The notes beneath the pieces were generated by a model. That model was not told the origin of the DNA, ran no database searches, and saw only the letters and a list, made by a program, of their open reading frames with translations. A stretch of DNA of 37,832 nt from Pedosphaera sp. Its GTDB lineage: Bacteria; Verrucomicrobiota; Verrucomicrobiia; Limisphaerales; SIBH01. Below, in pieces: positions 1-12,145 of this stretch (within the stretch, counting starts at the first letter, position 1; every line of letters starts with the position of its first letter). The translations under genes and the position numbers were made by a program. The stretch spans positions 1-37,832 of the forward strand of contig JANOQV010000169.1 in the NCBI GenBank assembly GCA_031414955.1, written 5' to 3'.

Positions 1-87
1 CGCTAAAGCGACCGCATTCCAAACGCTGGCACGCAACCCTGAACGCCTCGACTGGCGCGAAGCGTTTGGAGTGCGGTCGCTTTAGCG
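1..87. repeat. REP-like inverted repeat doublet (GGAGTGCG type) downstream of ileS
   Basis: Arm 1-27 (cgctaaagcgaccgcattccaaacgct) is the reverse complement of 61-87 with 1 mismatch; may be cut by the window edge. Confidence 0.8.
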
Positions 88-106
88 CCGCTTTTTCGAG
101 CACCGG

Positions 107-2932
107 TCAAACCACAGGCGTGGCCTGCTTTACCGCCTCCACACAGCGTCCGCAAATCGTCGGATGCTCCGCCTGCTGGCCGACGTTCAGCTCGACGTGC
201 CAGCAGCGTTCGCACTTCACGCCGTCGGCTTTCACCACTTCGGCGCGCAGGTCGCCTTCAGCCACTTGCAACTGGAGCTGCGAGATATTGAGCAGTTCGC
301 GGAACGTGTCCGCGTGACGCTGAACAAGCGCGAGCAGGTCCGCTTTGCCGCTCAAGGTGACTTTGGCCTCCAGCGATTTGCCGATGAGCTTCGACTGCCG
401 CGCCTTCTCCAGTTCCGGCAGCACGCGCACGCGCAGGTCGAACAGTTCCTTCCAGTCCTTTTCATCCTCGGCGGAAAGCATCACGCGCGACGCCACGAAT
501 TCCTCCACATGCACCGAGTCGCCCATGCCGGGCACAAACTCCCACGCTTCATCCGCCGTGAAGACGATGATCGGCGCGAGCAGGCGCGAGAGTCCGGTCA
601 CGAGATGGCAGAGCGCGGTCTGTGTCGAGCGGCGGCGCGGGGAATTCGCGGGGTCGGTGTAGAGCCGGTCCTTCACGAGGTCGTGATACTGCGAGGACAG
701 TTCCACCGCCACGAACTGGCTCACGCGCTGATAGACGACGTGGAACTCGTATTTGTCGTAGGCCGCGAGCACGTCGCGTTCGAGCTTGGCGAACTCGTTC
801 AGAATCCAGCGGTCGAGTCCGGTCAGGTCCTTGTCCGCCACGGCGTCGTGCGACGGGTGGAAGTCGTAGAGGTTCGAGAGCTGGTAGCGCAGCGCGTTGC
901 GGATGCCGCGATAGGTCTCGGACACTTTCTTCAACCGCTCTTCGCTGACCACGATGTCGTTGCGGTAATCCTGCGAGGCAACCCAGAGGCGAATCACATC
1001 CACGCCGTAGTCCGCAATGTATTGCTCGGCGGTCTGCGGCTTGAGGTAAGCGCCCTGGCCTTGCTTGCTCTTGGAAATCTTCTCGCGATCCTCGTCCACC
1101 ATGAAGCCGTGCGTGAGCACGGTCTTGTAAGGTGCGGCCCCGTTGCCCGCGAGCGAGAGCAACAACGACGATTGAAACCAGCCGCGATGCTGGTCGGAGC
1201 CTTCGAGGTAGAGATCGGCCTGCCAAACTTCATCGCCCGTTTTGCCTTCGTGCTGCAATTCCTTCCGCCGTTTCAAAACCGCGCTCGACGACGAGCCGGA
1301 ATCAATCCACACGTCGAGCGTGTCCTGCGACTTGGCAGCAGCGTCGGCGCCGCTCCAATTCTTCGGCTTCACCAGCGCCCAGAGTTCCGCGGCGGATTTC
1401 TCGAACCACACGTTGGAACCGTGCTGCTCAATGAGCGCGGCCACGTTGCGCACGATGTCGGCATTGAGAATCGGTTCGCCCTTCGCATCGTAGAACGCGG
1501 GAATCGGCACTCCCCAAGCGCGCTGGCGAGAGATGCACCAGTCGGGACGCGTCTGCACAGCACTTTTGATCCGGTTCACGCCCCAGTCAGGAATCCAACT
1601 CACGCGGTCGATTTCAGCGAGCGCGGTCTGGCGGAACTGATTATGATCGATGCGGATGAACCACTGATCCATCGCGCGGAAAATTACGGGTGTCTTGCTG
1701 CGCCAACAGAACGGGTAGCTGTGCTTGTAGTCCTCGGCGTGAACCAAGCGATTGCCCGTGCGCAGAATGTTCAGCACCGCTTCGTTCGCTTCGCTCTTGC
1801 CGTCGCCCTTTTCGAGAATGGCTTTGCCGACCAGCTCCGCGCCGAATTGTTGATCGAGCGGGAGGTCGCTGTTGGTCGCGAGTTTGCCGTCGTCATCCAC
1901 GGGCGAGTAGATCGGCAGGCCGAACTGGCGGCCGAGACTGTAGTCGTCGAGACCGTGGCCGGGCGCGATGTGGACGAAGCCCGTGCCCGTGTCGTTGGTC
2001 ACGAAATGATCGCCCGCGTGCAGCTTGCCGGTGCGGTTCACGAACGGATGCTGATATTCCAGTCCGGCGAGTTGCGTGCCTTCGAGCGAGCGGATGATCT
2101 GGTAGCCATCCCACTTGCACTTCTCCGACACCGCGCCGAGCAACATGGTCGAGACGATGTAGGTCTCGCCATTCGCCATGACTTGCGAGTAGCTGAAGGT
2201 GGAGTTGTAAGCCACGGCGAGGTTCGCGGGCAGCGTCCACGGCGTGGTCGTCCAGATGATGATGAACGTGCCGGGCTGGCCGACGACGGGGAACTTCACA
2301 TACACGCTGGTGCTGGTGTGGTCGTGGTATTCCACCTCAGCCTCGGCCAGCGCGGTCCGGCACGGGATGCTCCAATAGACCGGCTTTTTGCCGCGATAGA
2401 CAAAGCCCTTCTCCACGATGTCCGCGAACAGGCGCAGTTCGTCGGCCTCGTATTCCTTGTTCAGCGTGAGATACGGATTTTCCCAATCGCCCAGCACGCC
2501 GAGGCGTTTGAACTGCGTGCGCTGGAGATCGATGTATTTGCGCGCGTAGGCGTCGCAGGCGGAGCGAATGGTCGCGGCATCGGCGGCGGCATTGCCGGCC
2601 TTGCGCATCTCCTGCGAGACCTTGAACTCGATGGGCAGCCCGTGGCAGTCCCAGCCGGGGATGTAAGGCGCGTTGAAGCCCCGGAGCGTCTTGTACTTGA
2701 TGATGATGTCCTTGAGGATCTTGTTCAGCGCGGTGCCGATGTGGACATCGCCGTTGGCGAAGGGCGGGCCGTCATGCAGGACGAACTTCGCGGCGGTGGC
2801 GCGCGCGGCTTGAATGCGGGCGTAGAGGTTTTCCTTCTCCCACTTGGCGAGACGTTGCGGTTCGCGCGCGACGAGGTCGGCCTTCATCGCGAAGTCCGTG
2901 CGCGGCAGATTCAGTGTATTTTTATAGTCCAT
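107..2932 (-). CDS. ileS: Isoleucine--tRNA ligase (type 1, C-terminal Zn finger)
   Basis: 941 aa; HDGPPFANG-HIGT, GWDCHGLPIE, WTTTPWTLPAN, DWCISRQR, EGSDQHRGWF, KISKS, CERCW..CGRC. Confidence 0.98.
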   Translation of the reverse strand: MDYKNTLNLPRTDFAMKADLVAREPQRLAKWEKENLYARIQAARATAAKFVLHDGPPFANGDVHIGTALNKILKDIIIKYKTLRGFNAPYIPGWDCHGLPIEFKVSQEMRKAGNAAADAATIRSACDAYARKYIDLQRTQFKRLGVLGDWENPYLTLNKEYEADELRLFADIVEKGFVYRGKKPVYWSIPCRTALAEAEVEYHDHTSTSVYVKFPVVGQPGTFIIIWTTTPWTLPANLAVAYNSTFSYSQVMANGETYIVSTMLLGAVSEKCKWDGYQIIRSLEGTQLAGLEYQHPFVNRTGKLHAGDHFVTNDTGTGFVHIAPGHGLDDYSLGRQFGLPIYSPVDDDGKLATNSDLPLDQQFGAELVGKAILEKGDGKSEANEAVLNILRTGNRLVHAEDYKHSYPFCWRSKTPVIFRAMDQWFIRIDHNQFRQTALAEIDRVSWIPDWGVNRIKSAVQTRPDWCISRQRAWGVPIPAFYDAKGEPILNADIVRNVAALIEQHGSNVWFEKSAAELWALVKPKNWSGADAAAKSQDTLDVWIDSGSSSSAVLKRRKELQHEGKTGDEVWQADLYLEGSDQHRGWFQSSLLLSLAGNGAAPYKTVLTHGFMVDEDREKISKSKQGQGAYLKPQTAEQYIADYGVDVIRLWVASQDYRNDIVVSEERLKKVSETYRGIRNALRYQLSNLYDFHPSHDAVADKDLTGLDRWILNEFAKLERDVLAAYDKYEFHVVYQRVSQFVAVELSSQYHDLVKDRLYTDPANSPRRRSTQTALCHLVTGLSRLLAPIIVFTADEAWEFVPGMGDSVHVEEFVASRVMLSAEDEKDWKELFDLRVRVLPELEKARQSKLIGKSLEAKVTLSGKADLLALVQRHADTFRELLNISQLQLQVAEGDLRAEVVKADGVKCERCWHVELNVGQQAEHPTICGRCVEAVKQATPVV

Positions 2933-3053
2933 CCGCTTTTCCTAAAGAGCGCGCACGGTAGCGGGCCGATCTGAGGCGATCAAGCGTGCTGCCGTAATGC
3001 TGCACAGTTCAACATTTGCAGCGGCGTGGGTGACCCGTTAACCTCGCCCCATC

Positions 3054-4088
3054 ATGGATTCAACCGAACGTCCGCCCGTCGCGGAAGGCGAGTTGCGGAG
3101 GCGCATTCAGGATTTGATCGATCTCAAGGGCGGAGGTGCCAACGCCGACCTGGTCGAGGACATCATCGAGAACGCGCTCAAGATGCTGCGCGACATCCCC
3201 GATCGTGGCGACGCGCGTGTCATCTCAATCGCCATTCGCGAGCTGCGACTGGCTTACAAGCTCTTCGCGCCCTATGCCGAGCGGCGGAAGGTCACGATGT
3301 TTGGATCGGCGCGCACGCTGCCGACCAAGGCCGAGTATCAGCAGGCCCAGGAATTCGCGCGCAAGATGGCGGCGGCGAACTGGATGGTGATCACGGGCGC
3401 GGGACCGGGCATCATGCAGGCCGGTCACGAAGGCGCGGGACCGGAGAACAGCTTCGGGGCGAACATCCGGTTGCCGTGGGAGCAGTCGGCGAATCCGATC
3501 ATTTCCAAGGACAAGAAGCTCATCACCTTCCGCTACTTCTTCACTCGCAAACTGACCTTCATGCGCAACTCGGACGCGATCGTGCTCTTCGCCGGCGGTT
3601 TCGGCACGCTCGACGAAGGCTTCGAGGCGTTGACGCTTATGCAGACGGGCAAGAGCCGGTTGATGCCGCTGATCATGATGGACCCGCCCGGTGCCGAGTA
3701 CTGGAGCACTTGGGACCGCACCATCCGTGAGCACTTGTTGCGGAACAAACTCATCTCGGCGGATGATCTCCATTTGTACGAATGCACGGACGACGTGGAC
3801 CACGCGGTGAAGGTGATTACAAAATTCTACCGCAATTACCACTCCATGCGCTTTGTGCGCGACAAGCTGGTCATCCGTCTGAAGCATGTGCCGTCCGTGT
3901 CCGCCTTGCACGCGATGAACGAGGACTTCGCGGACATCATCGTGGGCGAGAAAATTTGCGTGTGCGAGCCGTTCGAGGAGGAGCGGGAGGACAACCAGTT
4001 TCTCGATCTGCCGCGCATCGCCTTCGACTTCGACCGGCGTCACTACGGCCGGCTGCGGCAACTGGTGGACGTGCTCAACACGTTCTAA
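3054..4088 (+). CDS. LOG-family (Rossmann-fold) nucleotide phosphoribohydrolase-like protein
   Basis: VTMFGSAR, ITGAGPGIMQA, FRYFFTRKLTF, AGGFGTLDE motifs. Confidence 0.9.
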   Translation: MDSTERPPVAEGELRRRIQDLIDLKGGGANADLVEDIIENALKMLRDIPDRGDARVISIAIRELRLAYKLFAPYAERRKVTMFGSARTLPTKAEYQQAQEFARKMAAANWMVITGAGPGIMQAGHEGAGPENSFGANIRLPWEQSANPIISKDKKLITFRYFFTRKLTFMRNSDAIVLFAGGFGTLDEGFEALTLMQTGKSRLMPLIMMDPPGAEYWSTWDRTIREHLLRNKLISADDLHLYECTDDVDHAVKVITKFYRNYHSMRFVRDKLVIRLKHVPSVSALHAMNEDFADIIVGEKICVCEPFEEEREDNQFLDLPRIAFDFDRRHYGRLRQLVDVLNTF

Positions 4089-4103
4089 CGCGGTCCGGAA
4101 ATT

Positions 4104-5225
4104 TCAGCGTCCGCGCACCTGATGCCAGAGCTTAATTACCGGCTCCGGGTGCTTGTAGAAATGCCAGCCCGCCCACACCAATGCAGCCAGGAGCAGAATC
4201 ACGATGGCGAGGTTGCGGCGGGCGCGTCTCTTGCCGCTTGCATCCAGCTCCCAGTAACGGGCAATCCACACGCTCAACTCGTAGAGACCTTGGAGCGGGA
4301 TGAACATCAGCACCTGCGTGATGACCTCGGGCGTGGTCAGCACTGCGCCTAGGAACAAGTTGACCACGATCATGTAGCGGCGCATGGCCGAGAGCCGCGC
4401 CGCGTTCAAGATTCCAATCTTGACCAGCGTGAGAATGACCACCGGCAACTCGAAGCCTAACCCCATGCCAAGCATGAATTTGCAGACGAAGCTGATGTAT
4501 TCCTCCGCGCGCCATTGCTCGGAGGAAAAGCCCAGCCACTCTGAGTATTGCACGGCCGCGCTCAAGGCAATGGGCATCAAGGCGAAGTAGCAGAAAGCCA
4601 CACCTGACAGGAACAGCCCGGTGCCGATGCCGAATCCGCGCAGCAGATATTTCCGCTCCTTAATCTTCAGCGCTGGCAGGATGAAACTGCCCAGAAAATA
4701 GATGAGGAACGGCGAGGCAATGATGATGCCGCCGTAGAGCGCCACTTGGAAAGCGATCCAGAACGCCGCCGCCGGCCCCAAGTTCACGAGGTTCTGGCGC
4801 GGATTCGATGCGATTTCGATCAGTGCCGCATTGGTGGTGGGCTGAAAGGCGAAGGCGGTACCGCCGCCGGCAAGCGGCACCGGCAGCAGTTCAAACGACG
4901 CGTGCAGGACGTTGCTGCCAAAGTAGAAAGTGCCGAGGGCATTCGTGCCTGGCTTGAATTTGCCCAGCACATTGGTGCCGACGAAAAGCGTCGCCGACGG
5001 CGTGGAGGACATGCGCAGCCGGGCGGCCTGCATCAGCGGCGCCTCAATGACTCGCACGACGTGATTCGCACCAATCAGGCAGACGAGGACACAGACCCCG
5101 GCCGCGACCACGCACTTGATGAGAACCCAGCGGAGATCCTCCAGGTGATCGAGAAATGATTTGATCGGGCCGCCCTCGTCACCGTCGTGAAGCTCGGGCC
5201 GCTCCTCTTCCCCCGTGGACGCCAT
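4104..5225 (-). CDS. tatC: Twin-arginine translocase subunit TatC (with loop insertion and extra C-terminal hydrophobic helix)
   Basis: SFLDHLEDLRW, LPALKIKE, GLGFELPV, AVLTTPEVITQ, LYELSVW; follows tatA. Confidence 0.95.
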   Translation of the reverse strand: MASTGEEERPELHDGDEGGPIKSFLDHLEDLRWVLIKCVVAAGVCVLVCLIGANHVVRVIEAPLMQAARLRMSSTPSATLFVGTNVLGKFKPGTNALGTFYFGSNVLHASFELLPVPLAGGGTAFAFQPTTNAALIEIASNPRQNLVNLGPAAAFWIAFQVALYGGIIIASPFLIYFLGSFILPALKIKERKYLLRGFGIGTGLFLSGVAFCYFALMPIALSAAVQYSEWLGFSSEQWRAEEYISFVCKFMLGMGLGFELPVVILTLVKIGILNAARLSAMRRYMIVVNLFLGAVLTTPEVITQVLMFIPLQGLYELSVWIARYWELDASGKRRARRNLAIVILLLAALVWAGWHFYKHPEPVIKLWHQVRGR

Positions 5226-5243
5226 GAGAATAGCGGGCGGAGC

Positions 5244-5537
5244 TTAAGCCTTCTGCTGGTGGGACTGCGCCGCAGGAGCGCCAGGTTGAACGGTACTGGA
5301 AGCCTCAATGGTCTTCTCCGCCGGGCGGTAGGGCGTCTGGGAGTGTTCGTTGCTATCCGCCGCGCGTTGAATTTCACTGGTGATCTCGTTGCTGGCCTTC
5401 TTGAATTCGCGGATGCCTTGGCCGAGTCCCTTGGCTAGCTCCGGCAGCTTCTTCGCGCCGAAGAGAATGAGGACAACAGCTAGAATCAAAATGACTTCCC
5501 AACCGCCCAGGCCAAAAACTGCTAACATCGTGTTCAT
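5244..5537 (-). CDS. tatA: Twin-arginine translocase subunit TatA/TatE
   Basis: [38 protein letters not shown]. Confidence 0.95.
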   Translation of the reverse strand: MNTMLAVFGLGGWEVILILAVVLILFGAKKLPELAKGLGQGIREFKKASNEITSEIQRAADSNEHSQTPYRPAEKTIEASSTVQPGAPAAQSHQQKA

Positions 5538-5641
5538 AAAATTCTAATTCGAGTGCCGCTGAAACTAGGTCACGGTCATGGACGTGTAAAGGAGCATTCC
5601 CCTTCACTTGGGTTGCGTACGACCTCAATACAATGCCCGAT

Positions 5642-5674
5642 AAAAAAGCGAGGCTGGGTTGCCCCAGCCTCGCT
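5642..5674 (-). terminator. Intrinsic terminator after groEL
   Basis: Minus strand AGCGAGGCTGGG-GCAA-CCCAGCCTCGCT followed by a T-run. Confidence 0.9.
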
Positions 5675-5700
5675 GATGATATTCCGATCCAGGTGCAGGA

Positions 5701-7356
<1,656 letters not shown>

Positions 7357-7386
7357 TTAGTTTTTTGTTGAGAGTTGAGAGTCGGA

Positions 7387-7680
7387 TTACTCGATCACTG
7401 CGAGGATGTCGTCGCTGTTGAGAATCTTGTATTCCTTGCCGTCGAGTTTGATTTCGGTGCCGCCGTATTTACTCACGAGCACGCGGTCACCCTTCTTGAC
7501 TTCGAACGGAACCTTCTTGCCGTTGTCGTCGGTCTTGCCGGTGCCCAGCGCCACGACGATGCTTTCCATCGGCTTTTCCTTGGCGGAATCGGGAATGATG
7601 ATGCCGCCCTTTTTGGTTTCTTTTTCCTCGGACGCTTCCACGAGCACGCGGTCGCCGAGGGGTTTCAGGTTAACTGCCAT
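7387..7680 (-). CDS. groES: Co-chaperonin GroES
   Basis: [31 protein letters not shown]. Confidence 0.99.
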   Translation of the reverse strand: MAVNLKPLGDRVLVEASEEKETKKGGIIIPDSAKEKPMESIVVALGTGKTDDNGKKVPFEVKKGDRVLVSKYGGTEIKLDGKEYKILNSDDILAVIE

Positions 7681-7758
7681 AGTTTTTTGTTTGTTGCGTT
7701 TTTTGTTTGTTGCGTAAGCAAATCCCGCCGCACCAGCGGACGGGAAAATTTCAAAGCC

Positions 7759-8067
7759 TTAAATGCTAGGCCGTCGAGAGAGTGGAACATCGAACTGCGG
7801 CTTTGTCTCAACCGAATGAGAACGTAGCTGGTTCAGAGCTTCCTCTAGGCTGGGAGCCCAATCCAATTTTTCCAACTTAAATTCACTTTGACGTCCCAGA
7901 TGCCGAACACTGATTTCGAGATCAAGACGCTGCCAATTTTCAAACGGCCCATCCAAGATATTGTTACGTTTTAAGGGCTGTTCGGCGCGGGCCACGTAAT
8001 AGCCTTTGTTGGTTATTTCCAATACACAGTTCCCGAAACCGTCCGCTTCGATAGTCTTTGCTAACAT
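7759..8067 (-). CDS. Hypothetical 102-aa protein, AT-richer than its neighbours, inside the chaperone operon
   Basis: ATG 3 nt after the dnaK stop; fills the dnaK-groES gap; no recognisable motif. Confidence 0.55.
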   Translation of the reverse strand: MLAKTIEADGFGNCVLEITNKGYYVARAEQPLKRNNILDGPFENWQRLDLEISVRHLGRQSEFKLEKLDWAPSLEEALNQLRSHSVETKPQFDVPLSRRPSI

Positions 8068-8070
8068 TGT

Positions 8071-10008
<1,938 letters not shown>

Positions 10009-10061
10009 AAAATCAACGCAGTGTGCCGCTTCATTGCTGGCTGAACACCGCCCTTACTCTT

Positions 10062-10077
10062 AGCAATGGCAATGCCG
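10062..10077 (-). promoter_or_regulatory. Putative sigma54 (-24/-12) promoter of the dnaK operon
   Basis: Minus strand CGGCATTGCCATTGCT = GG-N10-GC with GGCA and TTGCT, about 55 nt upstream of the dnaK ATG. Confidence 0.65.
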
Positions 10078-10150
10078 CCAGGATCGAACTCCACAAAACC
10101 CCATAATCATTGAGCATTTATTGATTCAGTTCTTCCCTGGGGCGCTCTCA

Positions 10151-10192
10151 AGTGTGCCAACTTGCGCCAATCAACGGCTAGGATGGCACACT
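10151..10192. promoter_or_regulatory. Putative upstream activator (bEBP) binding region
   Basis: Perfect inverted repeat AGTGTGCCA-N24-TGGCACACT, 75-115 bp upstream of the sigma54-like motif, with an AT-rich tract between. Confidence 0.5.
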
Positions 10193-10464
10193 GCGGAGGG
10201 CCGGTGGGGTCGAACCAGCCCGACCTCAGTTCTGGAGATGAAAAGTGGAACGTTGACCCAATGGGGCGCTCACTCGGCCCAACCCAGGCCTGGCCGGTTC
10301 TGTCCTGAACACATCAACCCACGAGATCAGATCGAGAAAAGTGCTCCGGCTGCTGACTGGACAAGCCTCTTGGTCGAGTTCCAAGACCTCCTCCAGGCCA
10401 TAGTGCGCAGTCCGCCGCACAAAAGGCACATTGAACTCGCCGCGCCTTGGGGCATACTGCCGCC

Positions 10465-10911
10465 GTGAACGAGCGCCCCACGGCCCACATTGTCCTCTAC
10501 GACGGAGACTGTTCTCTCTGCACGTTTCAGATGCGTGTCGTCACCTGGCTGGACTGGTTTAACACCGTGGCCCTCGTGCCGATCGCCGATCCGCGCGCGG
10601 GTGAAATCGCGCCGCGCCTGACCCGCATCGATTTGCAGGCCGCGATTCATTGCGTGGCGCGCGACGGAAAAATCCATCGGGGCGCGCGCTGCCTGCGGTT
10701 CATTGGCCTGCGCATGCCGCTGGCTTTTCCCTTCGCTTTGTTGATGTGGATTCCGGGCGTGATTCTGGTCGCGGAAGTTTTCTACCGCTGGATCAGCCGC
10801 AACCGCTACCTCCTCAGCCGCGTGTTCGGATGCAAGGATGCCTGCGCCATCCTCCCCGCGCGCCACCGGTCGGGCGACCACGCCGTCACAGCGGATTCCA
10901 AACAAGTCTGA
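10465..10911 (+). CDS. DCC1-like thiol-disulfide oxidoreductase family (DUF393)
   Basis: IVLYDGDCSLC and FYRWISRNRY motifs; GTG start 6 nt after a CATACT -10 box. Confidence 0.88.
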   Translation: MNERPTAHIVLYDGDCSLCTFQMRVVTWLDWFNTVALVPIADPRAGEIAPRLTRIDLQAAIHCVARDGKIHRGARCLRFIGLRMPLAFPFALLMWIPGVILVAEVFYRWISRNRYLLSRVFGCKDACAILPARHRSGDHAVTADSKQV

Positions 10912-10963
10912 AGTTGCGCCGTCCACTCGTCGCCCCCCCTTCCTCGCCGCCTCACCTCACGCC

Positions 10964-11755
10964 ATGCCGGAACTCGCTGAAGTCGAATACTACCGGCAGC
11001 AATGGGCGTCGGGCCTCGGCTCGAAAGTGCTCGCGGTGGAACTGCACTCCGGGAAGCGAATATTCCGGGGCACCGACACGCAGGCGCTCGCCGAGGGACT
11101 GCGTGGGGCGACGCTCATCGCCTCAGAAGCGCGCGGCAAGCAGATGGCCTTCCGCTTTTCTCGTGACCTCTGGATGGCCATTCATCTCGGCATGACGGGC
11201 ACGTTGCGGATCGAACCGCCCGGCTACACCAGCGCCAAACATGACCATCTGCTGTTGCGTCAGCGTGGGCGGGCCCTCGTCTTTCGCGACCCGAGGCAGT
11301 TCGGTCGCGTGCTGCATTTTCATGGCGCAGGCGAGCCGCCGTGGTGGTCTTCCATCGCGCCCGCGCTGACTTCAGACGCCTTTACCCGTGAGGCGCTGCA
11401 CGCCGCGTTGCAACGTCACCGGCGGCTGCCCATCAAGGCCACGCTCCTCTTGCAACAGCACTTCCCTGGCGTGGGCAACTGGATGGCGGATGAAATACTT
11501 TGGCGGTCGCGAATCGATCCGCGCGCCGCCTCCGGCGATTGCTCCGCCGCGCGCGTTGTCGTTTTGTGGAAAGCGATTCGCTTCGTCTGTCAGGGCGCGA
11601 TGAAATACGTCAGTGGTGATTTCTCCGATCCGCCGTCCGGCTGGTTCTACCATGCCCGCTGGAAAGCCGGGGACCGCTGCCCGCGCGACGGCGTGCTTTT
11701 GAAGCGTGCCACCATCGGCGGTCGCACCACGGCGTGGTGCCCGAAGTGCCAATGA
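10964..11755 (+). CDS. Fpg/Nei-family DNA glycosylase/AP lyase
   Basis: N-terminal MPELAEVE, RGKQM, HLGMTG, DPRQFG, GVGNWMADE, C-terminal GRTTAWCPKCQ. Confidence 0.93.
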   Translation: MPELAEVEYYRQQWASGLGSKVLAVELHSGKRIFRGTDTQALAEGLRGATLIASEARGKQMAFRFSRDLWMAIHLGMTGTLRIEPPGYTSAKHDHLLLRQRGRALVFRDPRQFGRVLHFHGAGEPPWWSSIAPALTSDAFTREALHAALQRHRRLPIKATLLLQQHFPGVGNWMADEILWRSRIDPRAASGDCSAARVVVLWKAIRFVCQGAMKYVSGDFSDPPSGWFYHARWKAGDRCPRDGVLLKRATIGGRTTAWCPKCQ

Positions 11756-12091
11756 GGAGCACGGCCTTCAGGCCCGGACCTTGACCTGAAGTTGGAAGGA
11801 TTTCTTCCCCCCCCTTTCACTCTGGCTCACTCCCTCGGGGAGAGATATCCAGAGCCGCTGAGGTTTATGCTTCATGCCCCTGAATCCCACAGCCTGGCCC
11901 GCTGATTCAGCGCGGCACCGGATCAAGATGGCCGAGCTTCAATTCCTTTGAATCCGCGCTGGCCGGCGGAGTTGGACCCATTCTCACATCCGTCGGCCAG
12001 GTCCAAAGAGCTGTCACCAACCTCGCTTGGGCCATGCCGTCCAAATGGCGGCTCCTCTCCTCCCTCCGTTCCGCCCCTGAAATCCGATCCT

Positions 12092-12109
12092 ATTTACAAA
12101 ACCATGACA
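12092..12109 (+). promoter_or_regulatory. Putative OmpR/PhoB-type binding site (TTACA-N6-TGACA) upstream of the histidine kinase
   Basis: ATTTACAAAACCATGACA; 17/18 identical copy at 15781-15798; 11-bp direct-repeat spacing. Confidence 0.65.
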
Positions 12110-12145
12110 TCCGCGCTTCGCCCGCGCGGCACAGTCTGCTAACAG

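Noticed and set aside
164..2974. 936-aa plus-strand ORF antisense to ileS (similarly 5734-7278, 24146-25048, 26449-28272, 18346-19404)
   Set aside because: Shadow ORFs produced by GC-rich codon bias on the opposite strand of clear genes; no motifs
10060..10086. TTAGCAATG resembling a CIRCE left arm upstream of dnaK
   Set aside because: No GAGTGCTAA right arm at N9 spacing; better explained as the -12 element of a minus-strand sigma54 promoter
10200..10430. Short ORFs (10121-10468, 10226-10429) in the dnaK/DCC divergent region
   Set aside because: No motifs or start signals; one overlaps the predicted regulatory elements
11756..12090. 335-bp intergenic stretch with weak hairpins, considered as ncRNA or small ORF
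   Set aside because: No recognisable RNA motif, tRNA fold or credible coding signal
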